Source: a virus (taxonomy: Duplodnaviria > Caudoviricetes). From it: 64,000 nt of DNA. Position numbers and translations under genes: made by a program. Location of the stretch: positions 100,552 through 164,551 of the IMG/VR virus record IMGVR_UViG_3300011429_000087; one strand, 5' to 3'. Of the stretch, positions 60,302 through 64,000 are shown piece after piece; position 1 is the first letter of the stretch, and each line of letters opens with the position of its first letter. The notes beneath the pieces are model-generated. The model was not told the DNA's origin and did no database searches. It saw only the letters and a program-made list of their open reading frames with translations.

Positions 60302-60377
60302 GGCCCTGTCGTCCAACGGCCAGTGACGCCGCCCTTTCAAGGCGGAGACGAGAGTTCGACCCTCTCCAGGGCTACCA
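60302..60377 (+). tRNA. tRNA-Glu(TTC)
   Basis: CCGCC-CTTTCAA-GGCGG, CCA; own promoter at 60258-60285. Confidence 0.9.
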
Positions 60378-61000
60378 CTTGACACCTTTAAGAACTGAGG
60401 ATATACTACTCTCAACTTCAAAGGGGAACCAAATGGACCTGTTCAAAAAGATCCGCGAAATCCAGGATGAGAAATGTCTGCGGGATGAGGATATGGTTCT
60501 CCTCTTGTGCATCAATCTTCAGATTTTGGACTCGACGTTCCTAACGAGGCATGGGGAAAAAATCGTGGCAGAGCTTGCGTGTCCAAAAAGCTGAGTTATA
60601 GTTATCTCAACTTCAAGGGAGCTAACTTATGTGCCGCGACTGGACCGGGGACCACGAAATCCGAGCCGACGAGGAAGACGACGTTAAGGGCTGCGTCGAG
60701 TGCGGTCAGAAGGATTGCCCGGGTGACTGCGATCCTTACGCTCATTTGCCGTTCCTTCGGAAGTATGAGCCGACGGACGAAGAACTTGAAGAGATGAACC
60801 GCGTGTGGCAAAATGCACACCGGGGATGTGTGGGGAACTAAAATGCCACAATCTCTTTTCGACTACATCCGTGAGTATCAAGACTCGCACGATTGTAGTG
60901 ATGACGACATGATTGAGATTCTTTGCGATTGCATCGAAGTTGTTCAGAATGCCGATCCTAAGTGGGAAAATCTGACTGGACTTATAAAGGAATGTCTTTC

Positions 61001-61074
61001 GGGCTCTTAGCTTAGTGGCAAAGCTACCGGCCTTTAACCGGCAGACCGGGGTTCGATTCCCTGATAGCCCACCA
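61001..61074 (+). tRNA. tRNA-Lys(TTT), C33 variant
   Basis: ACCGG-CCTTTAA-CCGGC, A73, CCA. Confidence 0.85.
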
Positions 61075-61082
61075 ATTAACCT

Positions 61083-61270
61083 TTCTGCCACCCCTGTACT
61101 AGATGGCGTCATGGGTGGAAACCAAAGCGATCCGGTGCCTCGGGGCGGGACTTTAACCTGTCCTCGGGGCACTAGTATTTTTTGCCGTTTCACGGCAAAG
61201 CTTGTTCTCCTCCCGGCGACCTTGGCAGTTGTGTTAACACTATAACACAGAATTGGCTGGCGTCCAGCCA
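61083..61270 (+). ncRNA. Candidate structured RNA downstream of tRNA-Lys, with Lys- and Glu-like anticodon stem-loops
   Basis: 15-bp stem capped by ACTTTAA; TTTGCC-GTTTCAC-GGCAAA; further hairpins. Confidence 0.55.
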
Positions 61271-61324
61271 GAAATAAAAGATTTGACTTTGTAAGATTAT
61301 GTGCTATATTGTGGTGGGTGAAAT

Positions 61325-61657
61325 ATGAAACTCTTCCTCGACGACGAGAGGGCCCCACCCTCACCACAGTATCAAGTGGCATACCAAGGCTGGCAAGCAG
61401 TTGTCTACCTTGTGAGAAATAATTTCGCCATCGAGGAACTGAGTCTCGATCATGACCTAGGCGATGGTGTGCCAACTGGCTACGATGTTGCCGCTTGGCT
61501 TGAGAAAGTTGTTCTCACGCAAGGCGTACAGCCTCCAAAGATCCTGCGGGTACATTCTGCCAACCCTGTCGGTCGGGCACGGATTTTGCAAGCTTTTCAG
61601 AGCATCGCAAGATACTGTGAAGCGAATGGGATGGAGATTCCTCAAGTTTTCGGTTGA
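61325..61657 (+). CDS. Cyclic-phosphate-processing receiver-like domain protein
   Basis: KLFLDDER.P, LSLDHDLG..TGYDV, HSANPVG; own promoter at 61283-61310. Confidence 0.8.
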   Translation: MKLFLDDERAPPSPQYQVAYQGWQAVVYLVRNNFAIEELSLDHDLGDGVPTGYDVAAWLEKVVLTQGVQPPKILRVHSANPVGRARILQAFQSIARYCEANGMEIPQVFG

Positions 61658-61737
61658 CACAACGCGAAGCGAGAGTATACTAGGACCAGCTTCACGGGTT
61701 GTGAAGTCTAAACATTCCCTTTTTAGGAGTTCGGACA

Positions 61738-62004
61738 ATGGCGAAGCAGATTCAGGTTACGAAGTCGTGGGGCATCGGCTCCATCCCCGAGACGAAGGGC
61801 CGCTACATTCTGTGCGGCTCCGACTACTCAGCCCCGCGTTTCATCGACGCCGTGTCGGTCGGGAACGGCGTCAAGGTGTTCAATATGGACGGCACCGAAG
61901 TTCGTCAGGACGCGACGCTGCGTCACTTCGGCCCGCTGCCCGGTCAGGACCGCTCGATTGCGGCCTCTGCCCGGTTCGCTGCGGAGCCGGCCCAGGCGAG
62001 CTAA
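61738..62004 (+). CDS. Small hypothetical early protein
   Basis: AGGAG SD, promoter at 61654-61681, downstream hairpin. Confidence 0.65.
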   Translation: MAKQIQVTKSWGIGSIPETKGRYILCGSDYSAPRFIDAVSVGNGVKVFNMDGTEVRQDATLRHFGPLPGQDRSIAASARFAAEPAQAS

Positions 62005-62394
62005 CGCCTCGGGATTCGTCAGCCTCGGCGGGGTCAATCCCCCGCCGGGGCAGTTTTGCGTTTAAAGGGTACACGATGAACGAATTTCTCATTCGATGTT
62101 ATCTTGCATACCTTCGGTTTCGTGATATAGTGTGGGACCAACTAAGCGGCTTGCGAGATTCACTTCGGGACGGGACTTCCCGTCTCGGAAATCGAGGATG
62201 CACTATGGGGAATCATCTTCCATGAGTAACGACATCGCCCACTTTAATTCGCCCGGCCCTTTCGTTGTGGCCGTAGGCAATGCGTTCGATGGGCTCGTGG
62301 TGTACGGCCCGTTTGATACGTCGGAGGATGCTCAAACGTTTGGGGAAGGCTGTAAGAGGGGAGAGGACTGGACGATCGTGAAGCTTGAGAAGCC

Positions 62395-62841
62395 GTGAGT
62401 TTCCTACTCACAATCTTCCTTTCAGTGGGTGGCACGGATTTAGCTACACTTGATGTTAAGCGTGAAGAAATTCGCCCCCTACTAAATGCTCTAGCGGTAG
62501 TCGAGTCTAACAATAACGATGCCGCCGTGGGCGACAATGGGCGTGCCATAGGACGCTATCAGATTTGGGAAATCTACTGGCATGATGCTGTAGAGTTTTG
62601 CCCTTCTCTTAAGGGGGAATATCAGGACGTACGTAGTAAAGACTACGCTGAAAGAATCATAACGGCATATCTCTTGCGTTACGCTAGGGATGCCGTAGAG
62701 TGTAAGGATTTCGAACAGTTGGCCCGTATCCACAATGGGGGTCCGAAAGGGCACAAGAAAAAAGCTACCCTGAAATATTGGAATAGGGTGCGGGAAAATC
62801 TAGAAGTGCCGAAACGACGCTTTATATACTGGAAAATCTAG
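62395..62841 (+). CDS. Invertebrate-type lysozyme/destabilase-like muramidase with signal/anchor
   Basis: VES..GD..G.YQI..YW.DA..Y..RY..ARIHNGGP.G..T..YW. Confidence 0.75.
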   Translation: MSFLLTIFLSVGGTDLATLDVKREEIRPLLNALAVVESNNNDAAVGDNGRAIGRYQIWEIYWHDAVEFCPSLKGEYQDVRSKDYAERIITAYLLRYARDAVECKDFEQLARIHNGGPKGHKKKATLKYWNRVRENLEVPKRRFIYWKI

Positions 62842-63060
62842 CCAGTTCCTTTTGTGCCAGAGTCGCCCTTTATAAGGGCGGAGCGGTGGCTGCATCCCCA
62901 GGCCCGGCAACGGGCCGAAAATTTTTCCGAGTAAGTTTTACCAACTCGGTTTTTTCTGGCACGCTTTTTGCTCAGTGGCGTTACTTTTTGGTAACGGTCA
63001 ATTCTTCCGTCACCATTCAGTAACACTAGTCGCCCGGTGGGCACACTCTCCAACGCTACT

Positions 63061-63132
63061 AATCTATCTCCGATTTTTAGAGTGTCAAATAATTTTTAAA
63101 TCTCTTGACACCCTTTTAAGGTATGGTATTCT
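63061..63132. promoter_or_regulatory. Back-to-back promoter pair
   Basis: Leftward TTGACA-N16-TAGATT; rightward TTGACA-N16-TATTCT. Confidence 0.55.
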
Positions 63133-63170
63133 AAGAATGTCTAGGAAGCATTAAGGAAAGGAAACAAATC

Positions 63171-63455
63171 ATGCCAGAATGCTACTGCGATTCTGTGACG
63201 CATCCGAACGGCGAATGTATGGCAAATTATGCCATTCCCGATAGAAGCGGCCCCTACTTCACGAAAGGGAAGAAGTATCAAATTCGAAACGGTATCGGCA
63301 ATCTTTATGCCGTGACTGACGATTTGGGGCACGAAAGATATCTTTCCAAGCAAGATGGGGTGCCATGTCCGCACCTTCCGCCATTGGGAAATCTTCAGCA
63401 TCATAGATGCTTTAGCTCCGAACATCTTGGACAATGGAAGTATATGGCGAATTAA
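63171..63455 (+). CDS. Hypothetical protein
   Basis: AGGA SD, downstream of promoter. Confidence 0.55.
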   Translation: MPECYCDSVTHPNGECMANYAIPDRSGPYFTKGKKYQIRNGIGNLYAVTDDLGHERYLSKQDGVPCPHLPPLGNLQHHRCFSSEHLGQWKYMAN

Positions 63456-63765
63456 TAGGGGCCAATTTCAGAAGTGATTAAAAATCATATTAATGCAAAA
63501 AATGGGCCAAAATCTGCCCCTGTCATGTTTGTTACCATCCGGTGACGTAACCGGCTGGTAACAGTCACCAAACGGTAACGGAAATATATTCCGATCTTTC
63601 GGCATTGGCACGATACTTGCTAAAGCGGCAAATCCTGCACTAGTATAGCCTATGCAAGCGGCGACGCAAGAGCGAAAACCCTTCCCACAATTTTCCTTTT
63701 AGTGGAGTTGCCGTCCGTCCGACATAGGTTATAGTCCAAGCGAACCAAACAAAAGGGAATCTACC

Positions 63766-64000
63766 ATGCAGACGATGACACGAAACGAATTGACTGCGTT
63801 TCTGACGGGGATTCGGGGGGCGACGTTCGCGACTCTGACGACAGAGACAGAACCGAAACTACTGAAGACCGGGAATACGCTCGGGAGCGTTCGGAAGGTG
63901 TCTCGCGTGAACGTCTGTCTTGGGTTTCAGTATGAAGCCGCAGTAAACCGTCAGCGAATCCGGGAAGATGGGATTCCCGATTTCGAAGCAAAGCCCCGGC
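63766..64000 (+). CDS. Phage hypothetical protein, truncated by the window end
   Basis: MQTMTRNEL..GATFATLTT..YEAAVNRQR; SD-like AAGGGA. Confidence 0.6.
   Translation, partial: MQTMTRNELTAFLTGIRGATFATLTTETEPKLLKTGNTLGSVRKVSRVNVCLGFQYEAAVNRQRIREDGIPDFEAKPR

Noticed and set aside
61001-61074. Reading the tRNA as an ochre suppressor (CT-TTA-A)
   Set aside because: CCGG/CCGG stem pairing fixes the loop as CCTTTAA, giving anticodon TTT. Conserved genes are not interrupted by stops, so there is no sign of recoding.
56149-62225. Long alternative ORFs such as 56149..56697, 58019..58627, 60684..61475 and 61464..62225
   Set aside because: They are shadow or alternate frames of better-supported genes and tRNAs in GC-richer DNA, and carry no motifs.
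1-64000. CRISPR array, DGR/retron reverse transcriptase, integrase or IS element
   Set aside because: No regular repeat-spacer pattern and no RT, recombinase or transposase motifs in the ORF track.
1-64000. Bacterial chromosome origin suggested by def, map, nadV and pectate lyase
   Set aside because: These genes are embedded among rIIA/rIIB, Rnl1, dNMP kinase, HNHs and dense small ORFs, with no cellular operon context.

Overview
This window is 64 kb of a large, lytic-type dsDNA bacteriophage genome (jumbo-phage-like, standard genetic code), in three transcription blocks. (1) 1-10157 (+): nucleotide metabolism (class II RNR, dCMP deaminase, ThyX), a secreted PHP-type metallohydrolase, and probable virion fibre/decoration genes with a holin-like ORF. 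(2) 10144-56150 (-): a long accessory block. It holds peptide deformylase next to Met aminopeptidase, a sigma factor, an SMC-like ATPase, nucleases, a dNMP kinase, an RNA end-healing/sealing cluster with two RNA ligases, about 20 tRNA or tRNA-like genes, a macrodomain, an intein-containing DNA ligase, a mini PEP-CTERM lipoprotein, an Nampt+Nmnat NAD+ salvage pair, a PL1 pectate lyase, rIIA/rIIB and several HNH endonucleases. (3) 56430-64000 (+): a promoter-dense, probably early region; nearly all its sigma70-type promoters have 16-bp spacers. The most unusual signal is in block 3. tRNA-Glu(UUC) and tRNA-Lys(UUU) lie beside two ORF-free structured RNAs, each showing a Lys-UUU-like and then a Glu-UUC-like anticodon stem-loop, followed by a cyclic-phosphate-processing receiver protein. 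This is a candidate decoy/replace/repair system against tRNA-cleaving defences. All calls come from motif recognition and manual folding; no searches were run.
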